From assembly GCF_001194135.2 (NCBI RefSeq), contig NC_068984.1, positions 33,221,019 through 33,275,788 on the forward strand: a DNA stretch of 54,770 nucleotides, read 5' to 3'. Below, piece by piece: positions 1 through 13,700 of this stretch. The DNA comes from Octopus bimaculoides (Eukaryota). A model generated the notes under the pieces. That model saw only the letters and a list, made by a program, of their open reading frames with translations, did no database searches and was not told the DNA's origin. Position 1 is the first letter of the stretch. Every line of letters begins with the position of its first letter. Made by a program: the position numbers and the translations under genes.

Positions 1-570
<570 letters not shown>

Positions 571-2354
571 CTATAATCGTATAAACGTGGGGGTACACAA
601 GAAAAAAACAGATTTTTTGAGTATTATTCTATCCATTTATGTTTACAACTGTTTCCGTCGCCGTTTTCTCAGCAGCAAACAGAATTTATGGAATCATGTT
701 GTTCCTTAATCTCAGCTATCACAAAATTCGACGAACGGGGGAGAGGCATTGCAAAACAAAGACGCACCACATGGCAATACGATTCCAACGGAAGAAGCAG
801 GTAGACAGATTCACGTCTGAGGTTTCTAACGGTGGATGCCTGATCTACAAAAGGGTTGTCCCACAGAGAACGTTTCCTGTTACTTTTGGGTGTCACCTTG
901 TAGTGTATCGACCAAGAAAACTAATGTCGACATAAGTAGAATTTGAACTCAGGAAGTAATGGGTCGAAATAAATACCGATAGAACATATTTGGTGCGCTT
1001 ACCATTCTTCCAGCTCGTCGCATTAGCGTTTTCAAATTTTTGCCCCAAATCAACAATTCTAGGGAAATTGGAAGACGATTACACCGTCCTGGAAATTCAA
1101 CTGGCCCATATTTTATCGATTATGAAGTTCTTAACTGGCATATGTTTCATCGATCTCGAAGTGGGGAAAGTTAAGTCATCGTCGATGATTTAAATGGTGG
1201 TTTCAAATCTTTTGCACAAGGCCTGCAATTTTAAAGGAGGTTCTATGCCCATAACATCAATCACAGTACTTGTTTGTATTTTATAAACCCTGATAAAATA
1301 ATATTAATCTTTATAAATGCAATTATTATAAATGCAATTATTTTACTGACCCGGCCGAATGAAAGGCAAACTTAGCCTCTGCGCAACGGAAATACACAGT
1401 GTAAATTGCCGTAACAAAACTTTTACAAGACATGTTTGCCTAAAACAGTAACTTTTGTGCCAATCTAAATATATGGTGATTGAATACTTCATAAATAATA
1501 TAGATTATACAGAACGCGTTGAAAGAATTTAACATACCTTTTACTCAATTACTCGATATCATTAAAGGAGGTTCGTGTCTTATTGCTATTTACCAGTACA
1601 TTGGTATTTTGTTGGAATGTCATAAATTTTACTCGTATGTCTCTGAGCACATTTATCTTCAATCCCTTTTTCAACTCTATCGAAAACGCATTTGCGTAGC
1701 TAAAACCTGGGTCGATCATGCACAAAATTCGGAACGTAAAAAAATTCTCAAACGCTACACTAAGTTTGAGTTATTTGATAGAGTAGTGTTCATATACCGA
1801 AAGTCACCGAGGGTTTTAGTTTTGAACAATGATTTATCATCCAAATTCACACGTCAATAAGTTCTTCTTCTAAGTAATATTCAGTGTCAGCATTGACTAT
1901 TTCCAAGTGAAATGGCGTAAGAATTCAATTGAGAATTTTCTGAAAAATCCTCGAAACATACATTTACGTCATCATTTTTATATTTGAAGGTGTTTTATGC
2001 ATGTCTCATGTTCACGATCTGCAATGCTTTCAGTATCTCCACTCAAAAGCTATAAGTTTGAAAGATGCATATATGTAAGTGCCACTGTAGATGTTCGTAA
2101 AGGAAACACAAATATTTTATATAGGATTACTGTATGAAGAAGCGCTAAAATGTTAGACATTTACATTGTTATTCAAAACTATTAAGGCAGCTTTTAAAGC
2201 TGCTATTATATATTGTCGTTTTCCATGCGTAGGTTTTGCAATTGGTCTTCTTTTGCTGCGTCTGAAGCTGTTTCTGTTTCATGGAAGTTAGATTGTTAGT
2301 CCTACGACAAACCTTCCCCTTTTTTCCAGGGTTAGGAGCCTCATAGTAGGATAC

Positions 2355-2760
2355 ACATTTGATAGTATTTACTGAAAGACCCTGGAGCGAATTGCTTTGA
2401 CTATGGCATCCCTCAACACATTTTCAGTACGTTTAAAGAACTTCACTCAAATCAACGATGCTGTTCTCGAGCGGAAACATGATGAGCAAACTTCATGGAA
2501 ATCTTTACTGAAGTCCGAAAAGGTTGCATTTTCTTGCACCTACTATTCGTAGGATTTTTTCCCAAAGAAAATATTGAACATACCCGATGAAGTCATACCA
2601 TGGAAACAATAGACGCGAGTAAAAGACTAAAATTTGCTGATGACATGGTGCTGCTCGCCGAAGAAATTAAAATACATCGGATCGCATTAGAACAAGGACA
2701 AAACGCTAGAAAGATCGGTCTGAGAATCAGTATCGCAAGGCCGATATAATGAACTTTATA
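2355..2760 (+). mobile_element. RTE-clade LINE reverse transcriptase fragment, decayed
   Basis: With frameshifts it reads FDSIY..YGIPQHIFSTFKELHS..EIFTEVRKGCIF..LLF..IPW..FADDMVLLAE..ARKIGLRIS. The catalytic FADD is at 2633-2644. Confidence 0.75.
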
Positions 2761-2796
2761 AATGATGACAGTCAATCAAAAACATTCGTAATGTAA

Positions 2797-3311
2797 ACCA
2801 AGATCGTTTCATCTGCAGCGGAGGTGATAGCTTTAGCTTTTGGCGATTTTATCTTCAAAAGGGCCATGCCATCAATAGAGAATACTATGCCAACTCGCTG
2901 AGGTAGTTACGAAAGTTTATGGAGACCAAAGTCCCAGGAAAGCTGACGAATGTAGTCTTTCTTCCATCAAAACATTGCTGCAGCAGTACACAAGTCCTTG
3001 GTTTTAATGGCTGCTGTGCGTGCTCGTGTCTTTCATTTGATCAATCACACTCCGTACTCTCCTGATTTTCTCCCCTCTGACTGTCATTCGTTCCCCAACA
3101 TGGAAAACGTCTTTCCTGGGAACTAGTATTATCACCAGAAGTGATATTAACGTCGTATCTGCTCTTGATAAACCTTCTGACCAACAGGATAATAGCTTCT
3201 TCTACAAGGATAAAAGTGGGTGAACCACAGAGGTCAATATTTTGAAAATTTGACCACATTTGATTCATGGGAGTATTTTGAAGAGGCTATGACATTTTTA
3301 GCTGACCCTCG
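2797..3311 (+). mobile_element. mariner transposon 3' fragment with right TIR
   Basis: Reads KGHAINREYYANSLR*LRKFMETKVPGKLTNVVFFHQN..AVHKSLVLMAAVR..FHLINHTPYSPD..PSD..FPNM..KWVNHRGQYFE. It ends in tttttagctgaccctcg followed by TA (3312-3313), the reverse complement of a CGAGGG-type mariner TIR. Confidence 0.85.
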
Positions 3312-3762
3312 TACAAACAACATGATTTTACATCAATTACTATCACAGCATCAGAATGAAAATGAAACAGGAAATGAATGCAAAAGGCTTCAAATCAAGA
3401 GAATGGGAATAGAAAAGAATATACAATAACAAAAGCTACATAGACTAGAGCATTTACCTTATGATGAATAGATATTTAAAACATGAGTACGTGTACGAAT
3501 AAATTATTCATTATATATCTCGAACAAGCAAGCGTCTACAAAATGAAAGGCATGACGCATTCAGTATTCATATATTCGAATATGGATAAATTAGAAATGA
3601 TCCGAAATAAAATACAAGAAAGTGTTATTTTCAAATTGAACTCGCTAATGATGGTATACAGACAGCAATCTCATTGACGTATTATAAAATCATATTTGGA
3701 AAATCAGCGAAACAACGTTTCACTTGCATAGGAATAGTAGCATATTACAAGAGAAAGATTTG

Positions 3763-4125
3763 GCAGTAATATTTGACGTCGCACTCTTTACATTCTCAGT
3801 TCAAATTCCCCTGCGATCGACTTTGCCTTTCATCCTCTCGGGGTCGATCAAATAAGTACCAGTTACGCACTGGATCGATGTAATCAACTTAATCCCTTTT
3901 CCTGTCCTTGTTTGTCCTCTCTAGGTTTATCTCCTTGTGGACAATAAAGAAATAAATATTTGACAAGGCACTCTTTACATTCTGAGTTCAAATTCTGCCG
4001 ACGTCAACTTTGCCTTTCATCCTTCGAGACTGATGATATAAGTACCAGTTGAGTCCTGGGGTTCATGTATTATCTTACCCCAACTCCAATATTTCTGGCA
4101 TTGTAGAAAAACTTTGAATCCAATA
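3763..4125 (+). mobile_element. SINE family B copy with two ~185-bp internal units
   Basis: The block ttcaaattc...actttgcctttcatcc...taagtaccagtt occurs twice (~3800 and ~3986). It is the reverse complement of the units at 47732-48349. Confidence 0.8.
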
Positions 4126-5928
4126 TTTGACAACGCACACCAGTTTCCAGAGATGTTTTATATACACTTCCTTGGAGTTGGACAAGTGTTGTATTTTCGG
4201 AATAATAGCAACATAATAGTATAGAAAACGTATGAGAGATGAACTATAAATCTAATGGAGACCCAACCCCATGTATACTAAAATTATTTAGGATAGGTAC
4301 AAAATTTGTTATAAAACTAAAGTATGAATCTTATAGTATGAACTGTTATTTAATTTGTTCCTGATCTCTCTTATGCGAAATTCATAAAATGGAAAGCATA
4401 TTTCCTCTATATATTTAAAGTGATTGCACGATATTTTAAATTCACACATTAGATATTGGTAAAGAGTGATTTGCACAGACATATATGTATTGTAATGGAA
4501 TTTGTATTCACAGCAATATAACTAGTTTAACGTATTTCCAAAAATATCAATATCACTTCTACAGCTATAATGATAGGTGTTGAGGGACGTATAACCAATG
4601 ACATCTGATAAATATAAGAATTGCTGCAATTGACAACAATATTTCGACGCATTCAGCAGTCAATGAGTGTTCTAGCTTGAAATATATCTCTTCATATGTA
4701 AAAATAATTTCTTATACCATTATAACACAATGGTTAGATATATTACAAAGATAAAAATTTTCATAACGAAAGTAATCTTGCATTTCTGACAATGTACAGC
4801 ACACAAGCCCACGTCCAAGTTTTATCCGTCTTTCATGTTCTAGACCTCTGAATTCTTGTCGCATCTCACCATTGCCTCGTGTCAGAACGGGGATACATCT
4901 GAACCACACCCTCTAAACCTTGTTGCATTCCAGGGTTTAGATGTTTTACCATGTACTCGCTATTTAACATGCCGTTTTCTATATAGCACCATTTGAACTA
5001 AGACCTACAACTATGCAGATTAAAACTTCCTACACTCATTTCTAATATTTCACCGCCGATGAACTTAAATATATTTACCTAACCATAAGAATCCATAAAC
5101 ACATAAACAGTTGTGGTGCTGGAGGCATTTTTCAATGAAGTCGTGGACATTTTACTCTCCTTCAATGTTAGAAAAAAACTACACGACTATACAATTCTTC
5201 AAAACATTATATCAAGACCGTCCCAAATGGATACCATTCAAATAGAACCCTTACATTCATTAAAGATGATCAACGCTCGACAATATCAGCAGTGATATCT
5301 CGCATAATTGACGCCCATTCTCAACATAGTCATAATAGAACCGCAAAAATTGGGCTTCCTAAGGAAGCCAAATAATACGTCTGCCTTTACCAAATTCCAG
5401 CTCCCAGCGAAGCTCATGGGATGCCAAAACGTAACAGCGTCACAACACCTGGTACCTCTCTCTCTCTCTCTCTCCGTCACCATTTCTCGCTCGCCCCCTC
5501 CACACACACAAATATCATAAAACCCATGCACGAAAACCCACGCAACCGATTCGCAAGTTACTCCCCAAAGCACTCCAACTTAGATCTATATAGAGACTAC
5601 CACTCCCACTATTCTCTGCTCTTTAGAGCTTGCTGGTCTTTTGCCACGTCACCTCAGGCAACCGCGACTGAATAACCTCTTACCCTCGTGTCAAAAGTAT
5701 TGTCTCCGCATATCAAGTTAACTCCATCCCGACAGTCAGTTTTCGAGAAATCCTTAGCTGCACATGTGTGCCGCACAGCTGTCGAATTGAAAAATGCTCA
5801 AAAGGGAAGTAAACTCCTGAAGAACTAACTTGTCTACCGAAGTGTTTGAATTCTATTAATATTGTTATTCTGTGTTTGTTAAAACAGTACAGAAAAGAAG
5901 GAAAAGCATAACTGCCAAATAGCTATTA

Positions 5929-6328
5929 GGCGCAGGAGTGGCTGTGTGGTAAGTAGCTTACCTAACAACCACATGGTTGCTGGTTCAGTCCAACTGCGTG
6001 GCACCTGGGGCAAGTGTCTTCTACTATAGCCTCGGGCCGACCAAAGCCTTGTGAGTGGATTTGGTAGACGGAAACTGAAAGAAGGCCGTCGTATATATGT
6101 ATATGTATATATATGTGTGTGTGTGTCTTTCTCTCACAACATCGCTTGACAATCGATGCTGGTGTGTTTAAGTCCCCGAAACTTAGCGGTTCGGCAAAAA
6201 GAGAACGATATAATAATTGCTAGGCTTACAAAGAATGAGACTTGGGGTCGATTTGATCGACTACAGGCGGTGCTCCAGCATGGCTTCAGTCAAATGACTG
6301 AAACAAGTAGAAGAGTAAAAAGAAAGAG
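5929..6328 (+). mobile_element. tRNA-derived SINE family A, full length
   Basis: Head ggcgcaggagtggctgtgtggtaag with a B-box-like ggttcagtcc, body ggccgaccaaagccttgtgagtggatttggtag, internal TA/TG microsatellite, and 3' part ending gaaacaagtagaagagtaaaa. There are four further copies in the window. Confidence 0.9.
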
Positions 6329-6365
6329 TACGTGTATTTAAGTATATGTAATATGTAATGTGAAA

Positions 6366-6705
6366 GCGGCACGTGGTTTTGTGGTAAGAGCATCCGGCTT
6401 ACAACCGTGAGGTTGTGAGTTTTATTTCCGGTCTGAGTTGCACGTTGTGCTCATTGAGCAAGACTGTATTTCACCTTGCTCAAGGTCACTTAGTTGTAGA
6501 AATGAGCTGTGACGTCACTGGTGCCAAGCTGTATTGAGCCTTTGTCTTTCACTTGGAAAACATTGGTGACGTAGTGAGGGGAGACTGGTATGCATGGGCA
6601 ACTACTAGTTTTCCACAAGCAATCTTTGTCAGGCTTGTACCTCGGAGGGGAAATTTTCAGGTCCAATCCTCTGGTCATTTGTAACCAAGGAAGATCTTTA
6701 CACTT
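6366..6705 (+). mobile_element. tRNA-derived SINE family C
   Basis: tRNA-like head (tggttttgtggtaagagc..gttgtgagtt), then ttgagcaagac..ttcaccttgctc..gtagaaatgag. Reverse-strand relatives lie at 8200-8345 and 17490-17660. Confidence 0.75.
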
Positions 6706-7116
6706 TAACATTAATGTAATTAATATGCAGAAATACAAAATATGTTTCTTGGGAAAAAAATATGGTTTAGGAATCTAGAAATGTGAAACAAGTTTTGTAT
6801 GTAAACTCTTTCTTTTATGTAATTGTGTTCGTAAATGTACGTCACAACTAGTTTTCTCCTATATATTGATCGTATTCAAAGAAACATTTTGTGTAACTGA
6901 AAAGTAGGAGATAAGTGAGCATATATGTAAAGACAGATACAAAAATAATATTTACAAAGAAAACTTGTTGAAATATAAAATGAATTCTTAAAAATCTAGC
7001 AGAAAACAACATGAGAACGAAACACGAGAGATTATAGATGAATTTAAAACGAGTAAATATTTACTGTTGATCAACATATACGCGTCAAAGGGAACATAAT
7101 AATTACATATGTGTAT

Positions 7117-7148
<32 letters not shown>

Positions 7149-7693
7149 NNNNNNNNNNNNNNNNNNNNNNNNNNNNNNNNNNNNNNNNNNNNNNNNNNNN
7201 NNNNNNNNNNNNNNNNNNNNNNNNNNNNNNNNNNNNNNNNNNNNNNNNNNNNNNNNNNNNNNNNNNNNNNNNNNNNNNNNNNNNNNNNNNNNNNNNNNNN
7301 NNNNNNNNNNNNNNNNNNNNNNNNNNNNNNNNNNNNNNNNNNNNNNNNNNNNNNNNNNNNNNNNNNNNNNNNNNNNNNNNNNNNNNNNNNNNNNNNNNNN
7401 NNNNNNNNNNNNNNNNNNNNNNNNNNNNNNNNNNNNNNNNNNNNNNNNNNNNNNNNNNNNNNNNNNNNNNNNNNNNNNNNNNNNNNNNNNNNNNNNNNNN
7501 NNNNNNNNNNNNNNNNNNNNNNNNNNNNNNNNNNNNNNNNNNNNNNNNNNNNNNNNNNNNNNNNNNNNNNNNNNNNNNNNNNNNNNNNNNNNNNNNNNNN
7601 NNNNNNNNNNNNNNNNNNNNNNNNNNNNNNNNNNNNNNNNNNNNNNNNNNNNNNNNNNNNNNNNNNNNNNNNNNNNNNNNNNNNNNNNNNNNN
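7149..7693. other. assembly gap (N-run) flanked by (TA)n
   Basis: 545 Ns. Confidence 1.
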
Positions 7694-7967
7694 ATATATA
7701 TATATATAAATATATGCATACATCCATACATATATGTACATACCTCCATCTATATGTATACGTACATGCACACAAAGATACATGTACACACATACAGTCA
7801 CCAGCGCGCACACACAGTTTAATTATATGTGAGTCTTGTGTTTGCGTGCTCAAATGTATCCTTGGTAACTGTACAATATATATATGTATGTTACGTTTGT
7901 GCGCATGCGTTTTTATATGAACCGTGTATTGACAGAATCCTATGGCATACGGAAGATTACACTCCAG

Positions 7968-8090
7968 CACATGGTTCCGTGTTCATTCCCACTGCGTGGC
8001 GCCTTGGGAAGGTGTCTTCTACTATAGCCTCGGGCCGACCAAAGCCTTGTGAGTGGATTTGGTAGAAAGAAACTGAAAGAAGCTCGTTGT
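7968..8090 (+). mobile_element. SINE family A, partial copy
   Basis: cacatggttccgtgttcattcccactgcgtggc..ctatagcctcgggccgaccaaagccttgtgagtggatttggtag matches 5970-6090. It is followed by (TA)n. Confidence 0.85.
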
Positions 8091-8103
8091 ATATATGTAT
8101 ATA

Positions 8104-8150
<47 letters not shown>

Positions 8151-8199
8151 ACCCTCATACACACACCGAAACGGAGCAGCGGTTCGTCGCAGAATTACT

Positions 8200-8345
8200 T
8201 ATTTTATTTTTCTAGCTGTCTGAACTGAGTAACATGAAGTGAATTGCTTTGCTGAATATCAAATATCCTTTGGGCCAAGAATCGAAACCACAATATTGCT
8301 ATCATGAGCGCAACATCGAATCCAATCCCTAACAAACGCGCCTGC
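8200..8345 (-). mobile_element. SINE family C, 5' partial, diverged
   Basis: Its reverse complement resembles the tRNA head and core of 6366-6500 (aagaatcgaaaccacaat on the + strand). Confidence 0.5.
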
Positions 8346-8544
8346 ATGATAGACACAGAGATATATAGATATATGTTCTAGCCATTCATTCGTGCACTTA
8401 AATACACTAGTTGTACGTTTCAGTCTTTATTAGATATTATAAGGAATTTTTAATTAAATTTTTCCAACAATTAATTGTTTTTTATATGAAACTTAAACAC
8501 TTTGTTCGGACATGACTTGAATATTCATGTCTGAGCACGCGCAT

Positions 8545-8602
8545 GTAGTAGTAGTAGTAGTAGTAGTAGTAATAGTAGTAGTAGTAGTAGTAGTAGTAGT
8601 AA

Positions 8603-8637
<35 letters not shown>

Positions 8638-8667
8638 ATAGTAGTAGTAGTAGTAGTAGTAGTAGTA
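8545..8667. repeat. (TAG)n microsatellite with three TAA interruptions
   Basis: TAA variants at 8570, 8600 and 8636. Confidence 0.98.
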
Positions 8668-9264
8668 TTTGGGACCACTGCTACTGTTTTGTTAATTGAA
8701 TTTCATGCACGTAAAAATATAAATAAATCGGTTGTAGTTACATTTCTCCTCCAAGTGAATAACTATTAATGGCCATCTTTTCAGAATGCTAAACCTCTCA
8801 GTACGTTGGGTTACATTTACATGTTGAAACTACTCGGTATAGGTGCATGTGCTTTCTCTCGATCTATTTGATTTTATCGTTCTCTAAAAAAAAAAAAAAT
8901 GCAATATCTTAACTTCTTTTCTTATGAAAGATATCATAGACTACAAACAAGTATGAAATGTATTTTTCCCAGAAGTGAATACTATACGTACCAAACATGA
9001 ATGCCTGAACTAATCTGAATTATATTTATTTTATTTAGTACAGAACTCGGCATACTAGTATAAAATATTTTGTGCCCTATCTTCATAATATTGATCACTT
9101 AATTGATATGATAATTTTGAGTATAAGAGGAAGTGTTGTAAGTAATACTTTATTAGAAACACGAATTTATTATATATACATACACGCAAGTATATTTGAA
9201 AGAGTATAGTGAAAGCATACATTCATAGATATATTTATTTATAAGTGTGTGAATATTTACATAA

Positions 9265-9266
<2 letters not shown>

Positions 9267-9310
<44 letters not shown>
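9267..9310. repeat. (AC)n microsatellite
   Basis: Perfect AC run. Confidence 0.98.
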
Positions 9311-9312
<2 letters not shown>

Positions 9313-10643
9313 GCATAAATATATGTATGAATGTATGCTTTCGCAATTTTGTTTCAAAAGTAGGAACAAGAATATACGCTTGTTTTCGATCATCTAATTA
9401 ACTTATCTATCGAAATACAAAATGAAAGTGCAGGAAAATATTAAATACTGTTTTATAATTGAACATATTAAATATATCACATATATTTTAGTTAGATTGT
9501 ATACCCTTCAGAACATCATTTCATTATCTTCAGGTTTTCAAAACACATTTAGATAATATCAAATTGCTGTCAGAAAAGCATAGAAATATAAGTACATTCC
9601 GAACAGTTCAAAGAAGTGAAACTATAAAGTAGACTGGAGATGATAGAAAGGTTTCAACTTCGAGAAACTTAGCTCCAACTCCGTGCTTACAACATGACAT
9701 CGGATTAAGTTTACTGATGGGCGTATATAGGATTGCATAGTATAGATATTATTTTTCGGCCATATGCTTAAATGTGAGAGATGCATTGGGAAAATTATCA
9801 TGTTAAATGCTTTTTAGTGAGTAAATTTGTTTGGGGACTGAAACCGCTCAAAATCATGTAGAATCACTACAGCAACAACTGTTTGAATGCTACCTGAACT
9901 ATAACGTCTGCGATTTTCATGTAACCTAGACCTATCAAGTATAGACTAAGAACCTTCAAAACATACTATATTGAATTCCGGAAAATTGTGTTCATGCAAA
10001 CATTGTTTGCACAGTCCTAGTTATTAATGAAGATTCTTGCTTGCAATTTTATTTTATTAGCACAATAAATATTCCACCTTACAGACTACCATACATTTTC
10101 AGAAGTCCTCACACACAACTGCTAGCCCTCATTAAATCTCAGTTAAATGGATAACGTATTGGTATTTTACATCTGCAACTAATATACAAAGGGACATCAT
10201 CGGCCGCATTAAAATTAATTTTGCAACATATTATGGTATCTGGTGCATAGATTTACTCCCTACCACTCCTAGTTTTCTACCGATACTCATTTGTTTCTGT
10301 TCCTCAGACATGGATACTCTAATATCATCTCCTTTTAGCTACTATAGACTTTAAAATATCATGTTCCGCTGGTCACATATATTCTAAATAAAACATGAAT
10401 CTTGTTAATAACCACATTCCCAGTATTTCTTATTCCTCCGGAATATTTGTCTTCCATACTTTTCCCTAAGGTTTCGATTTACAACAACTTGTGTAGAAGG
10501 TTAACCGCATAAGTTTTACTGATCTCAGAAGGCCAGTGAAATATATTTCCACGATCTTTCCTTGAAATGAATTTCACATTCTACGTGTAAGTATACGTGT
10601 GCGCATGTATACGTGTTCGCTCGTATGTTTGTATGGATGCTAG

Positions 10644-10700
10644 AGCCTTGTGAGTGGTTTTGGTAGAGGGAAACTGAAAGAAGCCCGTCGTATGTATAGA
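10644..10700 (+). mobile_element. SINE family A, short internal fragment
   Basis: agccttgtgagtggttttggtagagggaaactgaaagaagcccgtcgta matches 6045-6092. Confidence 0.75.
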
Positions 10701-13700
10701 TATATGTATGTATATGTCATGCACTCGCAATCTCAAGTAGTATTCGTCATTCTTGTGTTGATGTATTTCAGCCCAAGTCAGGTCATTTCACCTTCTTCCT
10801 ATTTACTCGACAGAAATGAACCACAACCACCATTACTTTAAATAAATACACGAAGGCCGTTTGCTAAAGGCAAATGTAAGACTAAGAGATTGTCATTATC
10901 TGCTCTGTCTACACAAGTACGTATAACGATTAGCGAAATCAACGTGCAGGCTTCCAAATTATACATTCACTGGTTATGAACCCACAGTTACAAACACAGA
11001 TATATATACATATATATATAGTGTGTGTATTTATGTGCGTGATTGCGTGATTGACCCTTCGTTGACGTACAGGAATGCTTTGTATATATTGAAGTACATA
11101 CACACGTGTTTATACAAACCATGAATCTACATTGCAACTGTTCAACAAACGATCAAAATATATAGAATATAAATGAGTACACAATTAAAGTTTGAACTAT
11201 TATCATCTCAGTAAAAATATGAACTAAATAGGCACCATTTGATATCGAATGCCAGTTATATATTTGAATGCAAGGCATAATACAAACGCCTCTTTAGTGG
11301 TAACATAAACTGTCTAAAATGTGAGTAAATGAGACTAGACACGATTAGCAACATAAGTATTCTATTTTTACCAAAGAAAGTCGATTTTATTATTAGAGAC
11401 GTTGAAAGTAATGCTGTTGTTGCATTTTGCCTCATGTGATTTCTGGTCGAGAACTATTAGAAATACCATTCCAGCGATGGCCATCCTTATGACGACCAGA
11501 CAATGTTCACCAAATATTGTTCACTGCTGGATGTGTTATTTGAGAAAAACATGGTCCATATTGCACGTAGGTGAAGAGTATCAATTCTGCAAACCTACTC
11601 AGGCGTGATTATATCACCTTTTGTATGCCAGAGATCACATTAGCAAATGTTGAAGATGGTAGAATTTCACTGATATAACTAATACGGTGAGCATCAAAGC
11701 GACTATATCGATATTTAGGTGTTACTTTACTCAACTATAACTTCGATGTATATCGAAAACAGTAATGTTTAATCTATAATCTGCTTTCAGTTTGCATCTA
11801 TGATGCAATATAACAACATAAATGGACACAATACTTCATTAATACTTTGATAATCTGTTAAAATAAAAAGTGAAGCTGACTTTTCCAGGATTTGTACTTA
11901 TTACTTTTTTCTTTGTACATCCTAACTTTTATGAATATACATATGCGTGTATAACATACACTTGTCAGAAATGACAAAGAACTGAGCGTAAATCACTTAG
12001 TAAATCTATTCCAGCAATGAAAATGTGAATAGATTGTTATTAAACACGTGTTCATAAAGGAATTGAATAGCTATAAGTTTTGAGAATGACGTTTCACTGA
12101 ATTGGAGATGTTACTTTAGCAATTCCCAGAAGAAGAGGCGATTTTTAATTGCAAATTATTAAAGAATGTTTTGTGGCTAAATGTTATTTTTTCTGTAGTT
12201 TTTCTTTTCAACGCAGATACAGTTATAATTATTTCTTCCTCTTATGTTATGATAGTTTTATCAGCTGTTGCTTCTGGATAAGACTGACTGAAAGCTTGAA
12301 GAGAAAGCAAGTGGAACTGGAAACATATGTGAAAATACATCATGTACAAACAGATTTTATAGAAAATGTAATGATTCTTGAAGTGAGGTGCAAAATATTA
12401 AACTATGTCCCCAACTCCAAAGTATAAAATGTGCAAAGAAGTTTGAGAATTGTTTAGTCACGTACACATGCGTAAATACTATAAATTATGACGAATAGTA
12501 GAACAGAGCAATCAGTGAATTCATTCCAGCAGTGGCCAGTCTTTTTGTATATGTATGACTTCTTTGTCCTATACATTTAAATACGGCTGCAGTACTGAAA
12601 TGAAATAAGTAAGAAAATAAAAGAAAAAGGAGTTACAAAGACTGAAACATGCACATCGAGAGAAGAGAAGACAATAAACGGAAACAGTGTCTGTTGAAAA
12701 TATACAATACTGTTGACTTTTTACATTAGACACAGATCGATGACAAGTATCTATAGCACTCGCATAGGAATGAATGGGCACATATTGCGAGTAGTACAGT
12801 ATTTTACTTACACGTTGAACACGTTGAACATGTTCACCTAATCTACTAGAATTAACTATCAAATCTACGTAAAATAACTCACTGCTATACAATCACCCTA
12901 ATTTCTAGGCTTGTAAATAGTTGCTCACCCAGGCAGACCTAGTAGTGAAATCTCCCCAAAATCATACACATACAATCTTGAAAGTGTTCACCAATGGCTA
13001 TGTAATACCTGATGTATGACAAAACTTGGGAATGTTCATGATACAAAATCTTTCGTGATAGGTCCGCTGGGTCAGAGTTTACATGGGGCGAAACTAAAAA
13101 AAACATCCCAAATAAACTTGGAAAGGAGATGAAGAGTGATTAACCCAGGTTTATATATGCAAACAGAAGCAAAATATTCATGAATTAGCAGAGTGTAGCT
13201 TAGTTCTTTTTGAAATTAATACGATCGAATATATCTAAATCTATTGAAAGGTATTTACTTTAGTCTCCCTATCTTTCAGTGCAGAACATCAATTGCATAT
13301 AAATTAACATTCTGAAAATAAACTGATATACAATAACCTTTAAAAGGTCTATGAGTATAACAGGCACATTTAGCTAAAAAGGTGTGATCTCAACCAAAAC
13401 GAAGATTTCATCATTCAAAATTACGGGAACTTGATTCAGGATCTGCACGCGTAGAGATTGTCTAAATGAACGGTACAACTAAAGCATACATTTTCAAACA
13501 ATTTCTATCTGATAGGAGGTAACTTGTCGAAAACAGTGTATGTTAACAAGTCGGTATGGGAACGAAGATTTTTCATTGATTTAAAAATGAAAGGCAAAGA
13601 CTGGAGTGTACATATATGTTTATGGCGGTGGTGCGTATATGTCGTAAATGGCGTAGGCGGGTGATTTTAATAGTGCATTGCTATGGATACTTTAGCGAAT

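Noticed and set aside
639-1860. ORFs of 67-113 aa and small SINE-B scraps (~910-980, ~1340-1385)
   Set aside because: No recognisable motifs in any frame I read, and the SINE scraps are too short to delimit.
5113-5830. Possible decayed 3' end of a CR1/Jockey-type LINE (LDLYRDYHSHYS.. resembling LFYRY.HG.CS)
   Set aside because: The similarity is too faint to support without an alignment.
6988-8164. Long ORFs (236-284 aa) in the ORF track; similar ones at 39254-39744 and 52671-53290
   Set aside because: They are runs of X from N-gaps plus microsatellite translations (YIYI, HTHT, VCVC).
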